From: Clostridia bacterium
GTDB lineage: Bacteria; Bacillota; Clostridia; JAAYHZ01
Assembly: GCA_050950825.1 (NCBI GenBank)
Contig: JBMNIH010000011.1
Coordinates: forward strand, 1 to 64,000
Reading direction: 5' to 3'
DNA length: 64,000 nt
Below the pieces are notes generated by a model. That model did no database searches. It was not told the origin of the DNA and saw nothing but the letters and a program-made list of their open reading frames with translations. The position numbers were made by a program, and so were the translations under genes. Each line of letters starts with the position of its first letter. Position 1 is the first letter of the stretch. Shown here piece by piece: positions 19,901-31,511 of this stretch.

Positions 19901-22900
19901 CCATTATAGGCATCGTCGTATGCATATATTTCACTGTAAACGACGGTGTCGCTTGCGTCCTTAACCGTCTTAGATGACAACCTGCCGTCTACGGTATAGT
20001 TGTATTCGGTTTTGGAGCTTCCGTCCGCATTCACGGTTTTTGCCAACCTTGATAAAGCGTCGTATTCGTTGCTCAAAAGTACGGTTCCCGTCAATACGTC
20101 CACTTCTTGTATGTGATTTCCCAATTTATCGTAAACCTTTTTTACGGAGTTCCCGTTTTGATCGGTTACCGTCACGTAATTGTTAAGATCGTCATATGTT
20201 ATCAACACATACGTATTATCCGGGTATGTCTGCATGGTCATGCGGTTTAACGCATCGTATTGATAAGACGTGACGTATCCTGCTCCGTCTACGTATGAAA
20301 CCAAATTACCCGTAAGGTCGTATTCGTATGTCTCGATGATCTCGCCGGGCATACCTCCGGGAGAAGGAGCGATAAGATCGCCGTAGGCATCCGTCACTCC
20401 GCAGATTGTTCTTCGGGTCACGTAAACTCCGTCGAGAAGTCCTCCTCGAGACGGCACGTTGTCATCGTACGAGTATTTCACGGAGATGAATTCACTCCAT
20501 TCCGGAATGCCGTCTTTTAGGTATCTTCTCTCCTCGATGACGTTCCATACGAATCATAAACGTATCCGACTTTTTCCTTTAATTCAGGTGACCCCAATCC
20601 GATGATTTCATACGTGCATGACGTTTCCACCGTTTTTCCCGTAGGATCGAGAGTGTTTATCGTTCTAATTACGGTGTCGGCATCCTTCTTGTACTCTTTT
20701 TGTACGAGAATGTGATAAGCGGAATCGTATTGATAGGTCATCTTGTGCTCGTCGTTTGCGGGATTTCCGTTCGTATCTCGTAATGCTTTCGTCCCCCAAT
20801 ATCCCGTAAGATCGTTGTATCCGCCCGCATCGTATGCATAGTTTTCGAAAGTCGTCATAACGTTCCCTGTCGGGTTGTACCGCATCTTTTTGGTTTTGAT
20901 CAATTGCCTTGTGGACACGTTATACGTATTTTCAACCTTGCTTAGCGGCACATTGTCGTTGTCCGTAACTTCCGTTGCAATAAGGTTGTGCTTGTTGTCA
21001 AACGTTTGTTTTGTCTTCAAACCGAAAACGTCGGTCCGGGTACAAGAATAGGTGAATGTATCGGGAAGATTATTGGGATCTTCGTGCGAAGGGTATCCGG
21101 TATAGTTATCGGTATAGGAATAGTATTTGACGTTATACTCGGTAATCGTTCCTCCCTCGCCGACCGTTTCTTTTCTGCCGGCTATTCGGTAGCGAGTCTC
21201 GCTTCCTTGGTTCCCCAAGTTCCCCGTGTAAAGCTCGTAAGTATACTCGGTCTGCGCTCCGGTCGGATATGTCACCTTCGTCAGCTTCGACATTTTATTG
21301 GATGCGTCTCGGGTACTTTTGTCTATGAATGAGAAAGCAACATTCGAAACCTCGTATTGGAATGCGGTGGTACGACCGGCGGGATCGATAACCGATATTA
21401 AATTGTAATTGTCGGTTTGCCCCGGTATTTTCTGCAATACGTATGTAACGGTATTGTTATCGGGCAGTGTTAATATGATTCTTTGCTCGTTCTCCAATTG
21501 AACATAAGTAAATTCCACCGTTCTGCCCGCCGTATCGATGATCTTGTCAATAACGGTGTTTCCGTTGAATGTTTCGTAATAAAAGGTTATGGTATTCGAA
21601 AAACGGTCTTGGATTGCCAGCAATCTTCCATCGGAATTGAAGTATTCCTTCTTGCCGTCTTTATAGTACAATATATAAGCGGACACACCTCCCGGGCCCG
21701 AGTAACTTCCGCTGTCGGGTTCCAATCTTATGTCCTTTAAGGGGTAATCCTTCAAGTTGGAATCTCCGGCCGTATCGGTAATTTCGACCTTATACGCTTC
21801 TCCCGAGGAAAGGTGTAAGTATTTGTCTTCGACGTAGGATTCGATGGAAGAAAAAGCGAATCCCCAACCGGTACCCAAGTTGTATATCTTGTCAAAGTAC
21901 GTATGCGGGTCGGTTCCGTTTTCCACAACATATTGCATGTATAAGTCGGATACCCATACGATTTGCCTTATATAGTAATAATAACATTCGAACCCGTTTC
22001 TATAAATCGGACCGGATTGGAAGTAAACCTCGTAATTCGATGCGGCGGCATACGGCTCGTCCGGGTGATATCCGGAGAATATGGGATAGCTGAGGTCACT
22101 TCTTACAAGCTCAAAATACCCGGAATCACTTGCATAAAACACTTCATTCAAACAAATCGTGTCAATGTAATACTTGGGCACGTATCGGTAATCATACAAG
22201 TACAAGTGTGCATCCGATAATCGGTATCTCGCCGTTATATCCAGATCGAGACCGTTTTTCCCTTCCAAATGAACCGAATTGATTTCATATATCAAACTGC
22301 CGTTGTTCGGAGATATGATCTCGTTGGTGTTTTCATTGAACCGGTACGGATTTTGCAGGTATTTCGTATATTGAACTTCCTGTTCTTCTCCGGACAACAG
22401 AATTCCGTTGTCTTGAAGAAAAGTTTGCGTTACAAGCGAGTCGATTTCCTCAAGGGTAATGCCTCTTCCGGCGATGTAAGCGTTGAGAACGTCGTTATTG
22501 ACTTCGTAACGCTCGTAAAAGGAGGAATCCGTGTCTTGGTCTTCTCTTTCTCCCTTTAACAGGAGCTCTTCCGGCGGGATTTTCAATACCGTAGCCACTA
22601 CATAAGAAGAGACGATATTCTTCGGATCGTATCCTTCCAATAAATACGGTTTCAATTGTTTCTTCACATTCTTATCCAAAGAATATTTCGTCAGACACAA
22701 ATCGAATTCCATAACGGCTTCGATCAGTTTTTCCATGCTTATGTAGCTTTTGTATAATGTTATCAATTCATCCGGACCAAATTCCAACACTTTATTCATC
22801 GAAGACAAATTTAAACTGTCCGGCAAACCGATACCCGTTTTCTCCAAGAAGATAATCAATTCGCCGTCCACACCGTAAAAATCGGTTATTTTCTTTTGCT

Positions 22901-23111
22901 CGTCCGAAGTCATATCGCCGAAAAATTCGTAGCGACTCAGGAAGGAGAGCATTTTTTGCATCTCATCCTTCTTTTCCGTTGCCCGTTCCGACAATTGATC
23001 CGAAAGGTTTACATCGGTCACTTCGGATGCACGGGCTTGGCTAATCGGTACCGTTTGACCGACCAATATGCATAAGATCAATATGTAAGCGATTACGGAT
23101 TTTTTCAGCAT
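16978..23111 (-). CDS. Sec-exported RHS/YD-repeat polymorphic toxin (~2040 aa), one frameshift at ~20545, C-terminus cut by ISLre2
   Basis: Signal peptide MLKKSVIAYILILCILVG. Many YD repeats. RHS core YCGEYFDKETGTVYLRARYYNPAIGRFITED and NPVMYNDPDG. Adding one A at GGAAC joins ORFs 20517..23111 and 16978..20481. Confidence 0.9.
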
Positions 23112-23131
23112 GATTCATTCTCCTTTTGCGA

Positions 23132-25796
23132 TTATTCTTCAACTACGGTTATTGCGGAATTGTTATTTACCAAAGTAATAAATTTTAATATATTGATAAC
23201 ACCCGTCCACATCTTTCCGGGCTCAATTTCTTTCATCACGGAAAAACGTATGATTCCGGTCATTTCGTCTACCTGAGTCACATGAATACCGTAAGCCGCG
23301 GGATTCCCGGTAAACATGCATACGTCCGTTAACCTGTAACAGGAAGGATCGTATGTCACTAAATAATTTTTAACTATGGTTCCGGTGAAATCTTTGGCTT
23401 GAACAGCCACATACTTTACTTCGCCGGCTTTGGTTATGGCGGTTGTCTTAAAGCTTGCGATATCGGACCAATCCGAACAAGCTTGACCGACATACACTCT
23501 TGCCTGCCACTCGTAAATACAGTCGGAATCAAAGGTTTGCGGTTCAAATACGTGAGTAATGCTTCCGTTGTTTTGTTGTGGATTGTCTATCGTATCCGTT
23601 GTTATCCAATCTTCTCCTTGTACTCGGTATCGTATTTGATACAGGGTTATATCCGGAGATGCATAGGAAAAATTAAATCCCGTGCGATAATTAATGTTCA
23701 CGCTTTTTGACGTGCCTTTCGGATAAAGCAATACGGGAGCGTTCGGTGCCGTTCCACCGGAACTTGTACGAGAGAATTGCACTGTCCGACCATAACGACC
23801 AAGCTTGTCCGTCGAATGTTCTGGCTTGCCATTCGTATGTACTGTCTCCCGTCAGAGTACCTCCCGGCAAAGTATATGTAACAATGGAATTGTCAGGACA
23901 GAATATTTCCGCAACAAGACCCTCCGTCCAAATGTCCGTCTGTAGAATTCGATATCGGATCTGACATTTCGTCATGTCTGGGAATCGTTATCGGTATATA
24001 GGAAAGACAAATCGTAGTATATCGTCGGATCAATGGCGGTCTCATCCGTATTCGGATTCAGCATGATCGGCTTGTTCGGTCGGGTATTCGTTTTAAAATA
24101 TGCGGATTCGGACCAATCGACCATAAATATACGTCACATACACGAACCTGCCATTCGTATAATTGTCCTGCCTCTAATGTGTTCGAAGGAATGGTAAAGC
24201 TGCAAGATACGCCGCTTGCCGAAAGCTTTTGGACTACAGGCATTGTCGTCCATTCCTCTTCGCCGGTGATTTTATATCGAACTTGGAATTGTGTCATGGA
24301 ATGCTCATTAGGATCGAAATACTCGAAAGAAAAGTCATTCGGTATCGTAGCATTAAGGGTGGTTGAAATTGTGTCGGGACTTAGATTTTCCGGCGGATCA
24401 GGCGGGGAATTGGGTAAGAAAGACAGCCGTTTCGGACCAGTCGGACCAAAACTCTCCGTCATACGCCGCCGCTTGCCATTCATATATCGTGCTATGTAAA
24501 AAGTTTTCACGAGGGAATGTAAAAGTAGCATAACTATTGGCCGGTTACGGATGTTATGATTTCATCGGATTCGGTCCATTCCGATTCGCCTTGTATACGG
24601 TACCGGATCCGACATTTGGTCATCGGGTCTCCGTCGTAATCCGAATAGTAAAAACCGAAAGTATCAGATACAAAAACATTCGATACGGAATTCGGACTTA
24701 ATGAGACGGGAGTATCCGGAAAATAGTTGTGCGGGACATATTCCAATTCAATTCGAGCATAAAGAGTATCATGAGCTCCTTTAAGCTTAGCAAAACCTTC
24801 ATGCCAATCATGTATTGACCACCTAAAACGATGCTCCGTTGCAGTACCTCGTCGGATTAGCCATAAAGCAAAAATTTTAGTCATATCTGCTGAATACCAT
24901 CCTGTATAAATATACGGATTAAGTATGATATAATTTTCATCGATGCTAATGTAAACGGAATTTGTAGCTAAATATACAAAGTCGCTTGCTCGATATGAAA
25001 AATATACTTTTAATGTCGCTTTATTAAGTACTTTTATTGAGTTTAAAACAGATGCAGGAAATGTTATTCCGAAAGTGGTATACAGGCGATCGTATTCATC
25101 ATCATATTCATAAGTTCCGGCAACTATATCCGTCGAATCGTAACTCCAATAATGAAACGTATCAGATGACTGATTAATATTGGTTACGGAAGACAGAGTA
25201 GTAGTATACGTTACGGTACGTTCATTATTAATCGGCTTGTATTCAATGGTAATATTGAAACTTTCAATATCCCAAAAAGCAAGACTGCATTGATCTAGAT
25301 TGTACACGGATAAGTATAATGAGAACATATTGTTCGATCGACCGTATGTAGAACCGTTCATCCAATTATAGAATATATCTTTAATATCTTTCGAGGAGGT
25401 TCCGGATAAACCAAATCCACTCATTAACGTTCCTACTGTATAGTCATACCCATATTCCCATGACGGTCCTTTACCCAATAAAATATTAATAATAGGGTAG
25501 TTAACAATACGGCGAAATTTAAAATCTAATGAAACGCAATACAATACATCAATTTCTTCTAGTATTGACTCGGGACAATACCATGTTGCCCACGAGTCAA
25601 TGGATCTATGCCAACCATTATCATAACCGACTCCTACCTGACCTTGTTCCGGATATTGACTAAAACCGGAAGATGATGTCGCTCTCCACATTGCAGAAAT
25701 GCGTTCCAAAACACAAAAACCGTCCGGAAAGGCCAAAGCTTTATAGCTAAAATTTGTTAATACTAATAGATAGATTAGCAATAAAGCAAAAACTTT
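23132..25796 (-). CDS. Secreted protein with four FN3-like repeats and a C-terminal cohesin-like domain, split by frameshifts; start lost or displaced by IS256
   Basis: ORFs 24534..25781, 24058..24531, 23691..23975 and 23132..23782 repeat the pattern P..P..LSP...QIRYR.....W...YEWQ.R....WS.WS. A signal-peptide remnant KVFALLLIYLLVLTNFSYKALA abuts the IS end. Confidence 0.65.
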
Positions 25797-27190
25797 AGAT
25801 AGTGTCTTGTCAAGTGGTGTAAAATGATTTCTACTTTATCTTCCCTTCGTTTCATTTATGTAAGATAGCAATCGGAGCTAATGAAAACCCATTAGCCTGT
25901 GTAAGCTTTTCCATAGATTCTAAACTGAAGTATCGCCGCCCTACCTGCCATTCATCGTTCTGCTCCATAAGCATAGTACCTACAAGGCGAATAACGGCAT
26001 CACGATTAGGAAATATGCATACAACATCAGTCCGACGGCGTATCTCACGATTAAGCCGTTCCAATGGATTCGTAGAATGAATCTGTATCCAATGCTCACG
26101 GGGAAAGGCCATATACGCCAATATATCCTCTTCGGCTGCTTCAAGGATTTCCATTGCTTTCGGAAAACGCCCCCTCAGTTCATCTACCACATGTCTTAGC
26201 TGTTCCCTTGCGGATTCCTGATCATTTTGTGCAAAAATGGTGCGTATGATTGAGGAGACCATTCCTTGGCACTTCTTCGGCACTTGGCTTAATACGTTCC
26301 GCATAAAATGTACTCGGCATCTTTGCCATGTGCTCCCGGTTAAAACCTTCTTTATGGCGGATTTTAACCCCTCATGGGCATCACTTACAACTAACTTCAC
26401 CCCTTTAAGTCCCCTTGCTACAAGCTTTCTCAGAAACTCTTCCCAAAAAGCTCCGTCTTCACTCATGCCGACATCAAAACCTAGTATCTCTCGTTCACCG
26501 GACTGATTTACACCTACGGCTATTACAAGTGCCATACTGCATACTCTTCCACCTTCACGAACCTTAGGAAAAGTAGCATCAAGCCAAAGATAAGGGTATT
26601 CTCCTTCGAGTATGCGGTTCTTGAACTCGGTGACAAAGCCATCCAATTGCTTGCTGATCCCGGAAACTTCGCTTTTATCCATCCCTTTAATTCCGAGAGA
26701 TTCTACCAACTCATCTACTTTTCTAGTGCTGACACCGTGCACATAAGCTTCCTGCACCACATTTAATAAAGCTTTTTCTGACATCTTCCGAGGCTCTAAT
26801 AAACTTGGGAAATAGCTTCCATGCCTCAATTTGGGTATGCTTAACTGTAACGTACCAAGGCGAGTATCCCATTCTCTTTGTCGGTATCCATTACGATGAT
26901 TGTTCCGATTCTCACTTCGTTCATACTTTTCCGCACCGATCATCGACGTAACTTCCGCATCCATCAGAGCATTGATTAACAGCGTAAGCGCTTCCTTTAA
27001 AAAATCCTTATCTTTTTCAACAACATACTTGCTAAGTTGCTCTAAAAGTGACATTCTATTTTTAGTAGCCACGGTATGACCTCCTTTACTTTATCTTTTT
27101 TGTTTGAATCTAATAAAGTAAAAATCATATCGTGGTTACTCTTGTCAAGCATACTCCACGAAATTTACACCACTACTTAAGACTATAACT
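25797..27190 (-). mobile_element. IS256-family insertion sequence (copy 2, distinct from copy 1)
   Basis: 27-bp imperfect IRs AGATAGTGTCTTGTCAAGTGGTGTAAA / (rc) AGTTATAGTCTTAAGTAGTGGTGTAAA. No target duplication seen. Confidence 0.85.
25852..27072 (-). CDS. IS256 transposase, intact
   Basis: RNGYRQREWDTRLG, IPKLRHGSYFPS, YPYLWLDA, VVSDAHEGL, WQRCRVHF, STNPLERLNREIRRR. Confidence 0.95.
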   Translation of the reverse strand: MATKNRMSLLEQLSKYVVEKDKDFLKEALTLLINALMDAEVTSMIGAEKYERSENRNNHRNGYRQREWDTRLGTLQLSIPKLRHGSYFPSLLEPRKMSEKALLNVVQEAYVHGVSTRKVDELVESLGIKGMDKSEVSGISKQLDGFVTEFKNRILEGEYPYLWLDATFPKVREGGRVCSMALVIAVGVNQSGEREILGFDVGMSEDGAFWEEFLRKLVARGLKGVKLVVSDAHEGLKSAIKKVLTGSTWQRCRVHFMRNVLSQVPKKCQGMVSSIIRTIFAQNDQESAREQLRHVVDELRGRFPKAMEILEAAEEDILAYMAFPREHWIQIHSTNPLERLNREIRRRTDVVCIFPNRDAVIRLVGTMLMEQNDEWQVGRRYFSLESMEKLTQANGFSLAPIAILHK

Positions 27191-27420
27191 CCGAAAGGCA
27201 TCGTTCTGCCAATTATTACCTTTTAACCGTAGTGGATTTTACCTTTGCAAAAAAGTGAAGAAATCAACACGGTTTGTTTGCTATGTAAAAAAACAGGTAA
27301 TAAATGAAGCATTCACTTGCTTTTTGCAGAAAAAATCCTTCCATAGTAACAATTCTTCCTTGTTAGAATAATTTTATCCCACCTTATGCAATAATTTTTT
27401 AGGATGGATGGAATTTAACC

Positions 27421-28998
27421 TTGCAAAGTGGACTTTACTTTTTCAATCAAGGATATAAAATTCCTGACGATGATCCGGTTCGCTTGTTGAGTCATTTTGT
27501 GGAGGAGATGGATTTAGAAGATTTGTATTCGACTTATTCTCGTATAAAGAGAAACCAAGCAAGCCCGCGTCAGATGCTTAAAATCTTAATTTACGCATAC
27601 ATGAATCATATTTATTCATCAAGAGACATAGAAAAAGCATGTCGTCGCGATGTAAATTTTATGTACCTTTTAGAGGGTATGCCGGTACCTGATCATGCAA
27701 CGTTTTCCAGGTTTCGAAGCTTGCATTTCACACCTTGTGCCAAAAGAATTTTGAGTGAAATGTCCGAATTTCTCTATGATATCGGAGAATTATCCGGCGA
27801 CGCCATATTTATTGACGGCACGAAAATAGAGGCGTGTGCAAACAAATACACTTTTGTCTGGAAAAGAGCGGTCACAAAAAATCAAGAGAAGTTGCTTGCA
27901 AAATTGGCGGATTTCTTCGCGGAATGCGAGGAAAAGTACGGAATCAAAATAGTATACAATAATCAAGTCGAAATGAAACACGTTAAAAAGTTACGCAAGA
28001 GACTGTATGCCATAAAGAAGGAAGAAAACATCGAGTTCGTACATGGAAAAGGGAAGAGAAAAACACCTTTCCAACGATCCATTGAGACTTTGGAGAATGA
28101 TTTGGATAAGCTGAAGGAATATACGAAAAACATACATGTATGCGGAGACCGCAACAGTTTTTCAAAAACGGATCACGATGCAACGTTTATGAGAATGAAA
28201 GAGGACGCTATGGGCAACGGTCGGCTGAAAGCGGCATATAACATTCAGCATGGCGTTGACTCCGAGTACATAACATGGGTAACGGTGAATCAATGCACAA
28301 CGGATGCACCGACTCTAATACCTTTTTTGAATGAAATGAGATCCCATTTAAAATTCAAATACAAAAAAGTTGTCGCGGACGCAGGATACGAAAGCGAAGA
28401 AAACTATATTTACTTGGATAAAAACGGCCAATCGGCGTATATTAAACCGTTAAATTACGAACAATCCAAAACCAAGAAATATAAAAATGACATTGGTCTT
28501 ATGGAAAATATGGAATACCATGCAGAAGGAGATTATTACGTCTGTCATAACAAGAGAAAACTTGTCGTTAGCGATATAATAAAGAAAAGAAGCAAAAACG
28601 GATTTTTGAGCGAGAAAACGGTTTATACATGCGAAGATTGCAGTGATTGCTCCTTCAAAAGTAAATGTATAAAAGGAAATAGCAAGATTCCGTTGACTGA
28701 AAGGGTAAAAAGACTTCACGTGGCGAAGGAATTTATCCGACAACGAGAAAAAGCCATGGAAAGAATACGGAGCGAAGAAGGCTGCATGCTTAGAATAAAC
28801 AGAAGCATACAGGCGGAAGGATCTTTCGGAACAATAAAGCAGGACATGGGATTTCGGAGATTTTTGTGCAGAGGTAAGGCGAATGTACTTGCCGAGAGCA
28901 TACTACTGGCTATGGCTTTTAACGTAAATAAGCTTCACAGTAAAATTCAAGCCGGACGAACCGGTACACATCTTTTTCAATTTGAAAATAGTGCTTAA
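27421..28998 (+). CDS. IS1182-family transposase (5' end possibly eroded)
   Basis: PDDDPVRLL, YSSRDIEKAC, PDHATFSRFR, FIDGTKIEACANKYTFVW, SKTDHDATFMRMKED, ADAGYESEENY, RSIQAEGSFG. Confidence 0.9.
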   Translation: MQSGLYFFNQGYKIPDDDPVRLLSHFVEEMDLEDLYSTYSRIKRNQASPRQMLKILIYAYMNHIYSSRDIEKACRRDVNFMYLLEGMPVPDHATFSRFRSLHFTPCAKRILSEMSEFLYDIGELSGDAIFIDGTKIEACANKYTFVWKRAVTKNQEKLLAKLADFFAECEEKYGIKIVYNNQVEMKHVKKLRKRLYAIKKEENIEFVHGKGKRKTPFQRSIETLENDLDKLKEYTKNIHVCGDRNSFSKTDHDATFMRMKEDAMGNGRLKAAYNIQHGVDSEYITWVTVNQCTTDAPTLIPFLNEMRSHLKFKYKKVVADAGYESEENYIYLDKNGQSAYIKPLNYEQSKTKKYKNDIGLMENMEYHAEGDYYVCHNKRKLVVSDIIKKRSKNGFLSEKTVYTCEDCSDCSFKSKCIKGNSKIPLTERVKRLHVAKEFIRQREKAMERIRSEEGCMLRINRSIQAEGSFGTIKQDMGFRRFLCRGKANVLAESILLAMAFNVNKLHSKIQAGRTGTHLFQFENSA

Positions 28999-29015
28999 GT
29001 GAAAACAAATTAAAG

Positions 29016-29175
29016 AAAAAGCCGATTATTACAAAAGGTGTATTAAGTGCACCCTTTTTTAGTAATCGGCTTCTTTGATGATTAAAATTAATTAAAATTC
29101 CTTAAATTCAAGGTAAAATATTGAAAAAGAGGCAGTGCATCAGAAGTTTAAAAACCTCTAATGCAACAGCCCTTT
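29016..29175 (+). mobile_element. IS1182 right-end region with two hairpins
   Basis: AAGCCGATTATT...AGTAATCGGCTT hairpin and GAGGCAGTGCAT...ATGCAACAGCCC hairpin, resembling IS1182 3' ends. Matching left end not found. Confidence 0.5.
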
Positions 29176-29208
29176 TCCAGTGTGTATTTGGTTTTCATTT
29201 TTCCCATA

Positions 29209-30378
29209 CTACGCTTCATATCGTCTCTTTTTGGATGTTACCAATGCAATGCCTAAGAATGCTACGGCAAATCCCAATTGTATCAGCATGCCGTTGAAAA
29301 CAGGCTCCAAGCTTTCGAAGGTAAACTTGGATAATCCCGCAATGATATTATTCCCCCGAACATACCAATATGCCGGTGTAAAGCTTGCCAATCTTAAGAC
29401 TCCCGTTCCGATCAAATCCTGCGGTACAAACACCCCGCTGATGAAGGATATACCTATGGTTACGATATTAGAAACCGCAGGTATGGCGTCTTTGCTTTTA
29501 ACCAAGCTGCCGATCAAGAAGCTGGTGCCTGCGCCCGTAACGGCAAAGACGGCGGAGTTCAAGAGGAAATACAGCATATTCTTACTCATACTGTCCCTCA
29601 GATTGAAAAGGACACAAAACGCCACCATAATCAACCAAGTAACAAAGGTAAAGAACAGGATGGATAGGAACAGTTGAATGTTGGCGCGAAAGCCCGGAAC
29701 AGGGGCGCATGCATTTCTCCTTTTGATATTGCTGTCGTTAAAGGTTAACATCAAGGCGCTGATTCCCAATATCATAACGGAGAAAAGTGAATACGTCATG
29801 TAATTGAAGAAATAGTTGGCATAGGTTTGGTCCGTTCTTTCTTCCTCCGGCGTACTGAATACCACATCGGCTTCTTTATCCATGTCTTTTTTGGCATATT
29901 CCAAAGCCTGTTCGAGGTCTCCTCCTTCAAGGTACTTTACATAAAGCCGTACGGCATTGAGGTATTTTTCTATCGCCATATCGATGTATACGCTTGAAAA
30001 GGAATCGGGAACCGTGGTTTTTTCTAACGACACCTCTTCTCCGTTTAAGAACCCTTCGGTAAATCCCTCGGGGATTCTTAAAATGTACGTTGCAAACCGG
30101 TAATACAAGGTGTCTTGGATTTCATTCGGATCATCCTTGATTTCCATGAAGTAAGCGCTTTTACTCAGTTCTTCTATGAGACCTTCCGTTAAGGGAGTAT
30201 TTTCCTCCGCAATAACCGCAACGGGCGTTTTCGATCTGTTGAAGGAGGTCTCCTGCTTTGTGTCCTTGGTCATGCTGAATGTCATGATCATGGAAACCAT
30301 AAGGAATACACAAAGATAAATGGCCATCATAGGTATACTCTTTTTGAAAATTTTCAAACTAAGCTTAAAGACTTGCAT
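29209..30378 (-). CDS. ABC-2 type exporter permease
   Basis: N-terminal TM, extracellular loop, six C-terminal TMs, FISGVFVP...FTPAYW. Confidence 0.85.
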   Translation of the reverse strand: MQVFKLSLKIFKKSIPMMAIYLCVFLMVSMIMTFSMTKDTKQETSFNRSKTPVAVIAEENTPLTEGLIEELSKSAYFMEIKDDPNEIQDTLYYRFATYILRIPEGFTEGFLNGEEVSLEKTTVPDSFSSVYIDMAIEKYLNAVRLYVKYLEGGDLEQALEYAKKDMDKEADVVFSTPEEERTDQTYANYFFNYMTYSLFSVMILGISALMLTFNDSNIKRRNACAPVPGFRANIQLFLSILFFTFVTWLIMVAFCVLFNLRDSMSKNMLYFLLNSAVFAVTGAGTSFLIGSLVKSKDAIPAVSNIVTIGISFISGVFVPQDLIGTGVLRLASFTPAYWYVRGNNIIAGLSKFTFESLEPVFNGMLIQLGFAVAFLGIALVTSKKRRYEA

Positions 30379-31501
30379 ATTTTCGCCTCCTTACAATAAG
30401 ATAAGTGCCGATGCAGAATACCGGGATAAACAAGGCCAAACAGCCCATGTTGACGGCATACCTTGTATAGGTGTCGTAGTAATACAAGCTGTAGTAAGCG
30501 TCCGTCAACAGATTCAAGGGATTTAAGTAGGACAATACGGGTACGTTTCGCTGAATGATGTATTTCATGCCTTGGTACATCATCCCGGCTAGGAACGACA
30601 TCAGCATGGACGTACCGACAATAACGGCAATCTTGATCCCTTCGGACTTTTTCAAAAGTGCGGATACAAAGGCACCGAAGGATAAGCCGGCAATCGATCC
30701 TAATAGCGTGGTAAGCAGGATGAATCCCACCTTTCCGCCGAAGTTCACCTTTATGACAAAGACCAAGAAGGAAAGCAAAAGCAACATCTTGATATAGTGG
30801 ATCAAAAGAGACGCGGACATGTACACGAGGAACGTTTTCATTTTGCTTACGGGGGTCAAATTCAGCCGTGCCGCCGTGTCGGTATTGTTTGCCTGGATAT
30901 CCGATATGTCTCGCGATCCTTGGAATCCGCCGTAAAAACAAGCCATGGCAATTAAAACGTAATAGTAGCTTGCCACGTTATCCGGTTTTGCATCCGTTGC
31001 CGATACCTCCTTGAGGTAGGAAACGGTATGAAACAAATCATCGGTCAGGGCCTTTAACGCTTTCGGATTCTTTTGCATAACGGTGGATACAAGGGACATG
31101 TTTTGGATATACGTATCCAAAAAGCTTCGGATGATGCTTTGCCTCATACCGGTTGTCTTCACCACCATGGTAACGGGCGATCCGGCCACAAAGTATCCGG
31201 ATATTTGATTATCCTCCAGCATTTTTGACGCAACCTGTTCCGATACGACATGAAGATGAAACAGAGGGTCTTCTCCCGAGGAAACCTCTTGAAGTATCGT
31301 CTGAAAGACGGTGTCGTTACGGTATTCCTCGTTATCCACAACCGCTACGGGGATGGTTTGAAAGGTTTCGCCTTTACCGATACCGGAAAAGGCCAAGTTG
31401 AAGAATATGCCCAATGCCAGAGGGAACAGCAATGTCCAAAACATTGTTTCTTTGTCTTTCAAAAGACATTTCATTCGATACTTGAATATATGTGCAAACA
31501 T
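30365..31501 (-). CDS. ABC-2 type exporter permease
   Basis: MFAHIFKYRMK...FWTLLFP, PVAVVD, FLAGMM, NPLNL. ATG 31501 after AAGGAGG. Confidence 0.85.
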   Translation of the reverse strand: MFAHIFKYRMKCLLKDKETMFWTLLFPLALGIFFNLAFSGIGKGETFQTIPVAVVDNEEYRNDTVFQTILQEVSSGEDPLFHLHVVSEQVASKMLEDNQISGYFVAGSPVTMVVKTTGMRQSIIRSFLDTYIQNMSLVSTVMQKNPKALKALTDDLFHTVSYLKEVSATDAKPDNVASYYYVLIAMACFYGGFQGSRDISDIQANNTDTAARLNLTPVSKMKTFLVYMSASLLIHYIKMLLLLSFLVFVIKVNFGGKVGFILLTTLLGSIAGLSFGAFVSALLKKSEGIKIAVIVGTSMLMSFLAGMMYQGMKYIIQRNVPVLSYLNPLNLLTDAYYSLYYYDTYTRYAVNMGCLALFIPVFCIGTYLIVRRRKYASL

Positions 31502-31511
31502 AGGACCCTCC

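Noticed and set aside
17600-21300. Recurrent TCGTATTCGTA-like motifs as a CRISPR or DNA repeat array
   Set aside because: They encode YEYD/YD repeats of the Rhs protein. No constant repeat-spacer period and no cas genes in the window.
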